Shown here: one piece after another, positions 37,671 to 50,253 of the stretch | How the letters are laid out: each line of letters opens with the position of its first letter | How positions within the stretch are numbered: position 1 is the first letter of the stretch | Origin: Trichodelitschia bisporula | Taxonomy: Eukaryota | DNA: 64,000 nt | Assembly: GCA_010356995.1 (NCBI GenBank) | Contig: ML996689.1 | Location: 514,691-578,690, forward strand | Direction: 5' to 3' | Notes under the pieces: generated by a model | Databases searched by the model: none | Told to the model about the DNA's origin: nothing | The model's input: the letters and a program-made list of their open reading frames with translations, nothing else | Translations under genes and position numbers: made by a program

Positions 37671-39196
37671 ATGTCAATAGAACCCATAATCAGCTTCAAG
37701 GCCGGTGTTTGCGAACTCGACGTAAGCTCTACGCGCAGTCCCGCTAGCTGTTGTTAACATGTGCAGACCGGCTTCACCCCTCCCAAAGTCAAGTGCCAAC
37801 CTACGCCCGGGTACATCTACCTCTATACCGGGGAAGATGGTACGTCCTACCTCCTGTGCTCCTCACTGCCTCTAATGCATCCAGAGCTCCTCCACTTTTG
37901 CTGGCGCGCGCGGTCGAAGCTCATCACTGATCCCGACTTGGACCTGATCATGTTCCCCGGCGACGCTACCTTCCATCCATATACCGGTCGTGAGGGAGGT
38001 AACGACCCGGAGGAGGTCACATCACCCACCAACGGGCGCATCTACGTCCTCAAGTTCTCATCCTCATCGCTGCGCCACCTCTTCTGGTTCCAGTCCCTGC
38101 CGCAGGAGTTTGTGAACGTGCACTCGGAGCGCGATCTCAAGATCGGCCAGATTGTAGATCTGCTCCTTGCGGGCGAAGAGGTCGATGTTCAGGCTGAGCT
38201 CGGGAGTCTTAGCTCTCACGGCCATGGCCGCCACGATCCCGACGACGAGGACGATGGCGATGACGAAGAGATGGAAGACGCGCCACCGGCGAACCCTCGT
38301 CCACGTGGCAACAGCACGGGTGGTGCAGGTGCAGGAGCCACAGGCGGCGACGTGCGGGAGGAAGGAGAGCAGGCGCGGGAGGGCGGCGCCGACGGCGGTA
38401 GAGCGTAGGTGATCCCTCCATTACATCCGCATCGTGCTCGGCGCTGGAATACGGGCCTGGAGTAAGCTGGAAAAGAGCACGAGGTTAAATGACCGTTATG
38501 ATCTGTTGCAACGCATGGCATGTATTGTTATTGCAGTAATGTCGGCCCTCGCAGCGCTGACGCAAGCTTCTACCCATGCGTCCGAGTTTACAATGCTGCA
38601 CCGTGTATTGTGTTACCCAGCTAACAGTCCCATGTAGAGCCGCTCCTCTCCCCACCGACGCCTCGTCTCTGGTCCAAAACTTCCTCAACTCGCTCAAGTC
38701 CGGCGGCGGTGGTGGCTCTGCACGCCAAACCGAGACTCCGTTCGCCACACTTGCCCACCTCTTCAACGCCGAGACTTGCCTCCCAGTCATCTCCAAGCTA
38801 AGCTCTGCGGAACTTGACACGCTCCTTCGCACGCTGCCACCGGAACTACTGCTCCTGTCGCAGGAGTCGGCTGCGGGCCTTGATGAGCCGGAGCCAGATG
38901 CTTCGTCTGCAGCAGCGGCGCTGGAGGCGCTGAGCACGGAACAGAAGCGCGAGATAGTGACGCGGGTGGTTCGGAGTCCGCAATTTCACCAGAGCTTGGA
39001 CAGTTTGACGATTGCGTTGCGAGAGGGCGGGCTGCCGAGTGTGGCCGAGGGTCTGGGAATTCGGGTTGCGAATGGAGGCTTTGTGCGGGGTGGGAGTGTG
39101 CCGCTTGGAGGTGGGGAGGCGGTGCAAGCGTTCATCGAGGGGATCAAGGAGACCGTCAAGAAGGAAACGGAGGAGGAGCGGATGGACACTTCGTAG
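37671..39196 (+). CDS. RPN13: Proteasomal ubiquitin receptor Rpn13/ADRM1 (Pru + C-terminal DEUBAD-like domain), 4 exons
   Basis: IISFKAGVCE, PTPGYIYLY, LLHFCWRAR, TNGRIYVLKFSSSS.RHLFWFQ. C-terminal VVRSPQFHQSLDSLTIALREGGLP. Confidence 0.9.
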
Positions 39197-39514
39197 TGTG
39201 GATTTAGGTGCCACTTCTAGACGTGTATATGGGCGGTAAGGATTGGTTACGTGCTTCGGCAAGCATTGTTGCGGTGATTGTCTTAACCGTAAATGATGCC
39301 AATAGGCTTCAGATCATGGTGGGTTCTCTCCTGATTATCCGATGGAAATCTAACTCAATTCTCAGCCCCGCGGAATGCTAACAGCTACTCAAATACAAAG
39401 CCATCCTTCTAGAATAGCCGCTAACCCATCAGCCTAGACTCCACTTATTGCTGACCCAATCATAGAATGGTGCACAAATCCAACGTCTTCATGCTGCCAT
39501 AGTCAAACCCAGCA

Positions 39515-41865
39515 TCAACCTTGGCCTGCAGCCCCAAACCCATGCAACGGCCACTCCTCCCACTCCTCCCCCCACCCAGCGGGCATCGTCTCTGGCAGCC
39601 CCTCCTGGCCAGGCAACCACCCCTCCAACCCTCCAACGACAATACCCGGTTGCGCCGGCGTTCCTTCCTCCGCATCCGAGACCTTAGCCATACCTGCCTT
39701 GCGCTTAAACGGAAAGGGCAATGGGCTCAACCGGCCCTTCATCTCGAGCTCCCTGTCATCATCAGACCCCTCCCGCGGATCAAGCCCCGCTCTCGCCCGC
39801 GTCACGACGTTGGATACAGACTCGAACATCGTGCGCATCAGCGCTGCGATGTCGCGGTTCTGCGCTGACGACCGCATGTACCGTCTGTACTGCTGCGTGG
39901 CGTCTTGCAGCAGATCCAGATCTCCCGCTGCCGTGGGGTGTGTGGGCTTGTGCTGCATGTTGAAGTATAGAACACTAAATGGGGGGAGAAGTTGGACGGC
40001 ATTAATCCTGGGGAGGTTAGATGTGGTTTGGCGTTAGTTGGGAAGAACGTACCAGCATCCTACCGCGGGCTTTAGCTCCGCTGTCTCGCTCACGGCCTTC
40101 ACGGTACGCAGCAGTCTTCGCGCGTGGGTGATCCGCAGGTTGATCTGGTTGCGCACCGGCGCGAAGGGGTGGCGCTCATAGGCCTTGTCTGCGCGCAGGA
40201 TGCGCCACGATGCATTGAGTGTGGTGAAGAGACTGAGCAGCAAAGTGTGGTACTCCATGTGCATCAGTAAGACGGCCTGGTACTCGGCGCTGTCGGCAAA
40301 GATTTCGTTCTCGGGTTGATAGTTCATCTAGGGTGGCACTGTCAGCTCCTGCTCTCGTTGGGGGCAAGCTACCAACCGGCACTGAGCTCCGCCACTCCCC
40401 TATCCCGGCATATATTCTTCCCAGGCTCTCTGCAAGCGCTACTGCGTCGACTGGCGGATCTCGGATAGCGTTTAAGAATGCGTTACATTGGCGCGTGAGC
40501 GAGAGACGGATGCAGAATACAGGGTGTGCGGAGCGAACGGCTTCTCCAGGTAAGGGGACGCTCGAATCTGGGAACTGTAGGTCATCGCGGTACTGATTCA
40601 GTGCGAGCGTGCTGGATGGTTAGTTAGCTTGACTAGCTCACTGTAAGAGGAGGTATTGTCTCACTTCTCTAGGATATAAAGACACCAAGTCAGTTTATCA
40701 GCTGCAGCTTGAGTCTCGGCACCGTCCATCACTATCACTTTCGGACGCACTCTCACGAACCACGGCCGATGCATCCTGATACCCCAGCGACACCACTCCC
40801 AGGCCAGCTCGGCCTTCTTTAGCTGAACCCAGTACAGCGCCTGCGAAATGATATTAGCCTCAACAAGGAGCCGCAGTTTCAAGCGCTGACGTACAGTAAG
40901 GAAAAGAACCTGTATCACTTTGATATTTCGGACCCGGAAGACCAGCAGAGGAGCCGTAGCTATCACCTGTGTGAAAAGCTCATCGCGCAACGTGGCCGTT
41001 TCAGACTGCATGTTGCAGTCATTGCTCCCAGCTGCACCAGTGCAAAGCACCAGCTTCACGAGGACATTGAACAAGCGGTCATCAGCATTCTCACCAGCAA
41101 AGTACAACTGAAGAGAATCGCGAAAGGAGTTTTCATCGAAGACGGGGTAGATGGGTGCAATTTGCTCGAAGAAAGCTGTAAGTGGAGTCAGCGTGTTGGT
41201 ATTCCCCATGGCATCAGACATACCATCCACAAGGGGCTCGCAGATTCCCGGCGGCGGGAGTGCCGACAGAGCGGTTGGCGGTGGGATGTCGAGGTCAGTG
41301 TCGACGCCGGACATCATCGGCGTGAGGTATTGGAATAGCCGGTTGGAGAGCTGATCACGCTCAGGCGGCCCGGCTGGCTCACCCCATAGTGCTGGCGGAT
41401 AAGCTTCATCCGAAGAGAACTATGATCGACCCACCATTCATCTCCTCCTCAGTAGCCATATCACTCGGGCTGGAAGCCGCTGTCGACGTTCCTTCCTCCC
41501 CTTCCGCATCTATCCCCCCCTCCCCTCCTTCCTTCCCACCCTCTGGCCTCCGCTCCCCGTCATCGGATTTCCCCCCCTCCCCCTCTGACTTCTGCGCCCG
41601 CTCCTCCGACCTCCGTGGTTTCTTCACCGTCTGCAGCCTGAGCGGAACGAACTCGCAGCGCGCCCCGTAAATACGGCAATTCATGCACGGATGGCTCTGC
41701 GCCTGTCCCGAGCACTTCAACTGCCCAACGTCAGCGCCGTCTACCCAGCTCGCTTCCACGTACCCGTTTGCTCCTGCAGTGCGTGCATGCCTGTGCCGTG
41801 CGCTTATACCTTCTCGTGACAATGCGGGCGGGCGGACGCGACGACTCGCGCGGTGGGTCGTCCAT
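39515..41865 (-). CDS. Zn(II)2Cys6 fungal transcription factor (multi-exon)
   Basis: AQACTHCRSKR|..KCSG....PCMNCRIYGARCEF. Middle homology region FFEQIAPIYPVFD...WCLYILEK. Exon boundaries approximate. Confidence 0.85.
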
Positions 41866-42777
41866 GATGCTGTACGGTCCTGTACGTCGTCTGAGTTTGC
41901 AGGCGGTGGGCAGCAAGGTAAGCGATCACAAGCAAGAGATACTTGAACGTGCTGTATTGTCTATAGCGGGGTCAAAGTACCATTCGCCAGCCCTAGACGA
42001 GGCGGCGATGGCTATAGCCATCTGCTTCAAACCTGAAACTCGCGTTGCATGGGCGGTGCTGGTTTAGTCCGTCTCAGGCCTGGGTGTGCCCATTCGGCCG
42101 CAGATACGAGTATTTCGGACAAAGTAGTCACAACGAACGGCTTTTCCGGTGGTTTGTGGTACGATGTCCGGCAGAAGGGATGGAATGCTTGCCTTGAAGA
42201 GTGCCATGAGGCTAGGCTGCTGCGCTCGTACCGGATATGAGCATTGGCCGCGCGGAGATGTGTCCAGGTCGAGGAGCTGAGTGTTGCGGATTTCAATATC
42301 AGCCCAGATTGATTGGGTGCAGATCGGCTCAGCCGTGAAGATGTGCCTATATGACCGGTAAGTAGTTCGTATCGCGACTACGCCAGTCCACTCGGAGATC
42401 ATGACACATCTCGCAGCACGAGACGGCTGCAGAAGTTTTTCCGAAACGCTAGATCGAGTGTCTCGCATGTATTTCATCCTCCTCACACACCGCACATCTG
42501 CTCCTTCTCACATGTTTCTGTTTCGCGGTCGTATTCGGTCGTGGTCGGGTATCCCGTCCCCATTTCAGTCGAGTATCTCAAGCCCTCCGGGTATCCCTGG
42601 TCGATCACGCATCTGAGAGAGGTCATATGGCTTCATGTATGCGGCCTTGTAGCCTGCAGGCCGCGGTGTGCTTCTCTAGTATTAACATTAGTCTGTCTAT
42701 ATAAATATCCAGCTGTTTTCCTATGTACTGAGCTGGGAAACTCCCCTCCAAACCCAAGCAGTTCACCCGCCCTCTTG

Positions 42778-44529
42778 TTATTTGATCGACATCACGTAAA
42801 ACGACCCGTTGTTCAGTGGATTCCCATAGCTGTACCCCGTGCCAAACATCACGTACTTGTCCTGCACCGCAATGCCCCCGCGCAGCACCGAGTCCACCGG
42901 GATCTCCAGTAGCGAGACACCCGTCCCCTTGGCCAGCGCGATGAGCTTTCCACGACCACCAATCTTTCCGCCTGCCGCACCGACGAGCACGACATCATTG
43001 ACGATCGTTGGCGGTGTGTACGAGAAGTCATTGTACGGCGTCTGCGTCTCCCATGTGATCTGACCCGTCTTGATCGTCATTGCACCCCACGCACTGTTAT
43101 TCAGGGCCACCCCTGAGGGGACGAGATGCCAGGGCTCGGCACCGTAGTTGATAGATGTGAAGTAGATGGACGTGTTGTCGGCCGCAACACCCCAGCTGAT
43201 ACCACCCTGATCACCGTCCGGACTCGTGGCTACGGACCACTGCAGCACACCCGTGTCCGCCTTCAGCGAGTAGATGATGCCGCTCTTCTGGCCCGCAACC
43301 ACGGAATCAACGCCCGTCGTGCCGTCTCCGAGAGATCCGGGAATGAAAACGGGCGCCATGCCGAAGTCGGCATCTGGTCCAGGATCCTGCGGACACAGCG
43401 TCGTAGATTTGGGCGGCTTACAGGCGCTAGTCCAGGCATCGAGGGGGGAAAAGCCATTGGACCACTTGATGGTGCCCTTCTCCATATCCAACGCGAGGAT
43501 GGCGTCCTGATACACATCTTTCGGTAGGCAGTCGGCGGTGGAGTTTTCACACTTCTCGAACCCAGCCGGGAACTCGTAGATATTGCCCGTGGCGACGTAA
43601 AGTTGCTTGCGGCCCGGGTCGATTGACGGCTGGGAGCCCCATATAGCGGATCCTGACCAGCCTTCGTCGAGCGGCAGAGTGTTGGTGTTCCAGACGGCCG
43701 TAAATTTGTTCGTCGAGTGGTCAAACTTGTACGCAGCGATATTGCCGATGAACGAGCAACACTCGTAGCTTGGGATGTACTGGGTGGCAATCTCCTCCTG
43801 GCTGGCAGCGCCGACGTACAGGGTGCCGTTGTACAATGTCGGGCTCTGGGTGATGATGGCAGCAGGATGCTGGTGGATCTTAACCACGCCCCTCGTGGCG
43901 CCGGTTTTGACGTCGGCGGCAACGAGCAGGGCGCCGCGCTGGGTGCCGTAGTAAAGAACGTCGCCATCCAGCTGAGGGCTTGTACGGGATGAGTTTGCGC
44001 AAATCCGGGTGCTAACGGTGTCGTTGGTCATGTACTGAGAGATGACCGCCGTCACATTGGTCTGCCATACGACCTTGCAGGTGGTGTAGTCGAGAGCGAC
44101 GAACAGGCCGTTCCAGGTCGGATAGTAGACGATGTTTCCAGAAATGACAGGTGTAGCGCTGACACCACCCTGAGCATAGGTGACATGGCAGTGTTCAGTG
44201 AGGGACGGTATCGAAGCGGAGTTGATATCGGTGTTCAGCGAAGCCCAGCGATTGTTGAGGTTGTTCGCACCCCATCCTGTCCATTCGGAGGGTTTTTGGA
44301 CGGTGACAGGAAAGACGACGTCGTTGTGCGGGCCATGCGTGCCATTGGCGCCATTCGGAGTCCCACTGGCACTCGAAGAGGCAGTCGCGGCCTTGTGGTG
44401 ATGGTGCTGACGTACGAGCACCACTGGCAAGGCTACGATCAGGGCGATCGCTATGGGGATGGCGAGCAGGAAGATCATGGCAATGTCAGCTCTGACCCAA
44501 AAAAAAGTCGGCTTACCCGCTGGTTTCAT
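42778..44529 (-). CDS. PQQ-like beta-propeller (quinoprotein / polyvinyl-alcohol-dehydrogenase-like) with N-terminal membrane anchor
   Basis: WTGWGANNLNNR, VSATPVI..NIVYYPTWNG, SRTSP, GSAIWGSQPSID, GPDADFGMAP, GQKSG. Hydrophobic IFLLAIPIAIALIVALPVVLV. Start codon uncertain. Confidence 0.8.
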   Translation of the reverse strand: MKPAGKPTFFWVRADIAMIFLLAIPIAIALIVALPVVLVRQHHHHKAATASSSASGTPNGANGTHGPHNDVVFPVTVQKPSEWTGWGANNLNNRWASLNTDINSASIPSLTEHCHVTYAQGGVSATPVISGNIVYYPTWNGLFVALDYTTCKVVWQTNVTAVISQYMTNDTVSTRICANSSRTSPQLDGDVLYYGTQRGALLVAADVKTGATRGVVKIHQHPAAIITQSPTLYNGTLYVGAASQEEIATQYIPSYECCSFIGNIAAYKFDHSTNKFTAVWNTNTLPLDEGWSGSAIWGSQPSIDPGRKQLYVATGNIYEFPAGFEKCENSTADCLPKDVYQDAILALDMEKGTIKWSNGFSPLDAWTSACKPPKSTTLCPQDPGPDADFGMAPVFIPGSLGDGTTGVDSVVAGQKSGIIYSLKADTGVLQWSVATSPDGDQGGISWGVAADNTSIYFTSINYGAEPWHLVPSGVALNNSAWGAMTIKTGQITWETQTPYNDFSYTPPTIVNDVVLVGAAGGKIGGRGKLIALAKGTGVSLLEIPVDSVLRGGIAVQDKYVMFGTGYSYGNPLNNGSFYVMSIK

Positions 44530-45912
44530 ATGCGTCCAGTAGATTAACGAGGCATAAACAGTGAAAGAAGAAAAAGCATCCCGTTCAGTCTGCCGACGGC
44601 CCCCTGGACGAAAGTCCGGCGGGGCTCTGATTGGGTCAAGATAGCGGCAGCTCGTGCCTGCTTGGCAGCCTGCCCGCTGTGGGTGGAGTGTGGCTGTCAT
44701 CGTAAACCAAATATCAAGAGGCTGCATCGCCACTAGCTGCTTTGGCGCCTCGCCGTAAAGATGGCTTGAACTTTATCGCACCAGAGCGCGAGAGGACGGT
44801 GCGGAATGAGAGGACATTCGGAAGGCGAAAGGACGAGTGAAGGGAATAGCTCGAAGACGTCGAATCTGAGACTTGAACTGTGATGAGATGGCTCGCATGC
44901 TGAGTGGTGGACGGGAGATTGACGTTTGACCAGTGAGGCACTGGGTCTCCTGCCGAAAGGGGATGCGCCGGCACTCCGCATATCTTCGCGCTAGTACGAG
45001 TATCCTTGGCTGTGGAGCGTGGTGGTGACGGGTGCCCTTGATCTGATAATCTGATATTTTCGTTGTCGAGGAACACAGAAAGCGCTGGCCATCACGACTC
45101 ACGCGGGTCAGCCACATCGATATCAAGGAGGCCGTTCAACGCTCTAGGCGATGAAGTATCGTAACCACTGCGGAGGCCATTCCGGAGCATAGGATCACCC
45201 ATGTGTTTGATCGACCCAAGGAAGTCACGCGGTATCATGCCGCGTTGGGCGGCAGATCGTGCGCCTCCAGTCCACAAATACATGGCCGTAGATTTCCCGA
45301 TCAAGTTGTCTTCCGCAGCGACAAGAGTTACGTGCAGGCTGCACGCTGTATTGGATAGGAGCAGGTCGCCGCCTCCAGTCGGCAAGCAAGCGGATTGTCA
45401 GACAACCTGGAGAAGCGGGGCCGAGTTTCGTGGATAATCCCGCGAGGTGCAGAAGAAGCCGGGCCAACCTTATCGGAGTGCGTGGGATGCGCGGGCGCGT
45501 GGCGGCGCGTGATGGCTGGCATAGTGGGAACTGAGGCTTCGAGTGGATGTTTGGCTTGACGTCGGCCCTTTCCGACCCCCGAACACCTCGATGGGTGAGG
45601 TCAACGCCATGTGGCGGGTGGAACCCTGTGGCTTGCCGCGCTCCCGTCTCTAAGGTTGTCGCGACCACCTCCCCTACAAGCTTGCCCCCCACAACTACCA
45701 CGCCGACATGCAACGGCTATCTAGGCCATATCTTGGGCATCTAGATTAGCTAAACTCCCATCTCGTATCAAGATATACTTGCTGCCCTCTCGCGTAAAAC
45801 AGGATTTCTCCCGTGCCTGCCTTCTCGGCGAACGGCCCAAGGCTTGGTTCGAATAACTGCATCACCGGTGTCTCAGCAGTCGTCCATTCATTCCATTTCC
45901 GTTCACTATTAT

Positions 45913-47316
45913 CTATGCTGTCCAAGGCTGGCCCCCAGTTGAATCCAATGGTGTTACCTCTCCCACTCCCTTCCTCTCCCCAGGCCCGCGCCGGTCCTTA
46001 GCTGCCCCCTTCTTCGGGCCGTCCGTCCTCGCCAACTCCGCGGCATCGGGTATGTCAGAGACATCGACATCATCGTCATCATCAAACTCTCCGGGGACCG
46101 TCTCGTGTCCTTCGATCGTCACCTCGGCTTCATGGGCAGACTCGGCTTCATAGACCGCGTCGGCATCGTAAGCCGACTCAGCCTCCGGTACAGCTGAATC
46201 GGGATCCGGTACCGATGAGTCGAGGTTTCCCTTCGCCACGCGCACATTTCTGTTCTTCGCCTTTTCTCCCGGACGCTTCTTGGAGGCGAGCGTGCGCGTC
46301 GTCGCCGTAGTCCCGTCGCAGTACATCACCCAGCCCCCGAGGCTCATCTGCTTAATGACGGTGCTGCGGGCCATTTTAGTCCCGTACCGGCGCTCCTCTG
46401 CCAGACACAGCTTGCGGCGCAAGAAGTTCTGCGTTGCGTTGGGGAACATGAAACTGAAGATCTCGACGCCGGCCGGCATGTGCGGCGCGAGCCGCGCGTT
46501 GACGTACTCGATGTGCAGCACGGGCTTGCCGGTACTGAAGGTGGGGCTCACGAATGACTTGTAGTCCTCGCACTCCTCCATCTGAACGCACTCCTCGTTG
46601 ACGGCAAATTGAATCTCGTTGTCGACCTGCTTCAGGATGGCTTGCGCGTTCTTCAGCCCAATGGCCATATTGTAGCGCCGAGCCTCTCGCGCCAGCTTGC
46701 GCAGATAAACTATCGCATCGAGCTTGCTCAACTGGCGCGTGAACCCGCCGCCCTTCTCGTTGTCGTACCCGTCTGCTCTCATTAGCTGCTGGCTCTTTCA
46801 CAAGCGGGACAACTCACCCATGTTGTCTGGATCGATACCGTCGCACCCCCGCCGCGACGCCAGCTTTATGCGGTCCTTCATGATATTCATAACGTTGCGG
46901 CTCCGAACGTCCAGCCACTTCTCGCCCGGCCACATAGGCAGCGGAGCTCCCATCTCCGACGTGCGGAAGCGCTTGAAATCTGGCCGCCAGTCCTCGCTCG
47001 TGCCCGCGCTGAAGTAGCAGATGACCTTCTTGCCCATGCGGTGCAGTTGCTTGATCGTCTCCGGCGGCGTCTCCCACAGATCGATATCGTACGCATCCAC
47101 ATTCGGGCTCAGTACCGTGTTCGCATCAACCTCCAGCACGCCCGACAGCACGATCTGGAATTTGGTGTCTACGGGTGGGTGCCAGATGCGTCGCGAGCTG
47201 GGAAACCAAGCAGAGGTAACATTGCGTGCATCGGCGGAGGCCGAAATGTTGCGCGCATTCGTGTCGGCCAGCGCTGTGCCCGCAAACAGCAGAGCGAAGA
47301 GCGAGAGTTGCACCAT
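45913..47316 (-). CDS. GH114 endo-alpha-1,4-galactosaminidase-like secreted protein
   Basis: Signal peptide, YDIDLW, KVICYFSAGTSEDWRPD, WPGEKWLDVR, GCDGIDPDNM|DGY, IGLKNA, FAVNEEC, KPVLHIEY. One intron near 46774-46818. Confidence 0.9.
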
Positions 47317-50253
47317 ATGTAGTAGCTATAGCGCTCGCGCGCAGTATCCCAATCGGGCAAAGCAATTATGAAGGTAAGAAGAGCGAGTGTTATCAGTTTC
47401 AGGCGGACAGATTCCCGCGCCCGGCGCAGTTAAATCCCCAGTGCGCACGAAGTCGTCACCGTGGAAGCGAGACCCGGAACCTCCAAGGCTTTCGATTCCC
47501 ATGCTCGTCGATCGACACCACTCCAGCTTACCGAAACCATCCAGCGGCAATATAATTTCGTCCTTCGTGCTTGCTGCGTACGTCCTCCGGCCCATATGCG
47601 GCTAGCGGGGGCCAAACCCCTCATTTACACAAATTGCGCAGCGGAGCGCGCGCCCTGATGACGCTGCAATGTAGGGGCTTAAAGCTTCGCATATAGGATC
47701 GGCCTGCCCAGGGCCCGCACGACCGGTTCCCAGGGCCATGTGACTATTCATTCTTTCAGCACGTATGTGCGTTGGCCATCCTCGTCTGCTTTGGGCACAG
47801 TCTACCAAATCCGGATCCATCGGCTATGATGGCCGCAGGGTGCATCGGGCCGAGCGTCACACCGCGTGGGCATATCCGAATGGCCAAGGTGCCGAGCCCG
47901 TAACGGGTACCTGCAGTGGCCACGTAGGCCCAAAGCCCTGATCTCGACCGCCCCATCCTACGACCCACTTCCCAAGTCGCCGCGCGCATGGCCCGCATCC
48001 ATATTAGGCGAGCCAAACCTCCCCTTGGCAGGCCCTGTCAGCTGGTAGAACCCAGATTCAGGATATCCCTGGCGGCGATATTGCCGCCGATGCTGGGCGG
48101 CATATGACTGCGCGCGGGTAAGGGAATGCCCCGTTGCCGTGGCCCTCTTATAGTGCCTAGCAGAATGTGATGCCGTCGGGGTATTTGGCGAGCCAGGGCC
48201 AGGGTGGGTTGTGGGGTTGAATGTGGAGTGATGCGGGGTGAACGCGGGGGCATGTTGGATATGAGAACGTTGCCACTGCACCTGGCATGGGAATAGGGGC
48301 GATACAAGCAGCTGTGTGCTTGATGGGGTTCAACATGTGTGGCGTGTGACACTGAAATCCTGGAAGGATCGCGGATATCGGAGCTTCCGCCGATGTTGTC
48401 ATGGCTTGCGCTTGCCCACTCTTTGATCTTGCAATGTTAACCTGTCAAGGCGCCATGGGTGTGGGCGTCCATAACTAGTGGTTATCGACCCGTGTCCAGA
48501 TGGCTGTCCCAGATCGGCGCGTGAAAGTGGCTCGGGATGACCTCCGCACGTCATCTTAGATATGCAGGTCAAGCGCTCCCGCTGGCATCCAGCGGGAATG
48601 GACGAATGCATTGACAATAGTGCATGAGGATACCCTCCTCCAGGACAGCCATCCGGAATGGTATAATGAGAGCTGAGATAAGAGCTGCATATCTCCGTCA
48701 AGAGTGTTTCGCCCTCCAGATCGAGAGAAGGAAATGTAGCCGCATCCAGATGCACAACCATCATATTTTACTGCTGCAAGTTCAATGATCCGTGGGTACT
48801 TAACCATATGCCCACTGTTTTCCAACTCCAGTGTCATTGGGATTGGAACTGCTCAAATGGTTAAGGGGGAAGTCCTCGAACAGATGGCCATGGATACCAC
48901 AGCACGGCGGCAGACGTTCCGATGTCGATGGCTCCTTCGGAAGATGTGGCTGGTCCAGATGAGGAACCTGATAGAAAGGCCGGGTGCTGTCGATCTATTG
49001 TCTCCATTCCATAGCCTAATATCGGCATTGCAAGATCCAAAGAGATCACCTTTTGACCGGCCTTCATGGTGCTGACATCCCAACCTTCCCTACTAAACGC
49101 TCAGAGAAGGCCCGCTGGAAAGCCCGGATACCCTAACCCATCGACTTAACTGTAGCAATCCCTCGTGGCTTGAAACTGCAGCGTCGATTTGACCTCTCCT
49201 GCGCTTCGCTGAACCTATGCTAAGCATCGTTTAGCAAACCGTTCCTACCCACAAACTCAGAGCTGCTCCAAAGTGGCAGCCAGTTTCATCAACACCAAGA
49301 GAGCAAAAGCACCTGTGAGAATGCAAATGCCTCAACCACAATAAGCATCCGCTGTGACTTAAATCAGAAGCTTGCTGCTGATGAATCGATGTGTAGCCAA
49401 GATATACCCAGGACGTTCGGCAACGGTAATGTTTATCTCATATAAGGACTTGTGGCGTATGGATGCCAAAGATTGGTAGTGGGATTTGAGTCCGTAGGGA
49501 CAGGCTTGGGGCTGAGGATATATGCATAAACGTCATGGAATCTTGGAATGGAGTGAACTTCGACTCACATGCTCAGGGACTAAAGAAATTGGATGCCTTA
49601 TCGACACCCAGGTTCTGCCTTCCTGACCTGAGCTACGCATTATCATGCCATCTCTCATATCATATCACATCCGCGATTCTACAGAGGGACTTGGGACCCG
49701 TCCCGGAGACTGCTTGAAAACCATGTGCCCGGAATACCATCACTTAAAAGCGGCCTTTATGCTCTGATGCTCTGATACTAACCGCCGCCCTAACTCTTAA
49801 AGTACCAAAGATATACGCAAGTATCAAGCTCAGAAACTTTGAGTGCCACTCCATGGCAGCAGAGCTGCCTCTGCCCCTTGAATCCAGCGCAAGAAGCATT
49901 GTGCTTACATCAGCTTTGACAACGATCAATCTTGATGAGGCTGCGCTGGCACCCCGCACTGCTTTCACCAACACCATTCCCTGTCTCTGTCACGGATCTC
50001 CCTCGCCAACCATGGTGATGGCATGTGCCTCACCCACCGACGTGTTGCCGGGGTCAGGGCCTCCTGCCATAGCAGAGCCTAGCCCAACCGAGGGCTCCTG
50101 CCTAGGAGCGTGGAGAGATATTTGTATCGCAGTTCTCTTGACTTCTCCCATCCTCAAGCAATCAACTTTTGAACATACTCAACCTACCTTTGCCGGTACT
50201 GAGCCTCTGTGACAGTCTCAATCACCTTTGATCCATTTCCAGTTATCGCTATC

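Noticed and set aside
47400..50200. Many 60-120 aa ORFs in a 2.8-kb intergenic region
   Set aside because: No domain signatures, repeats or TE ends seen.
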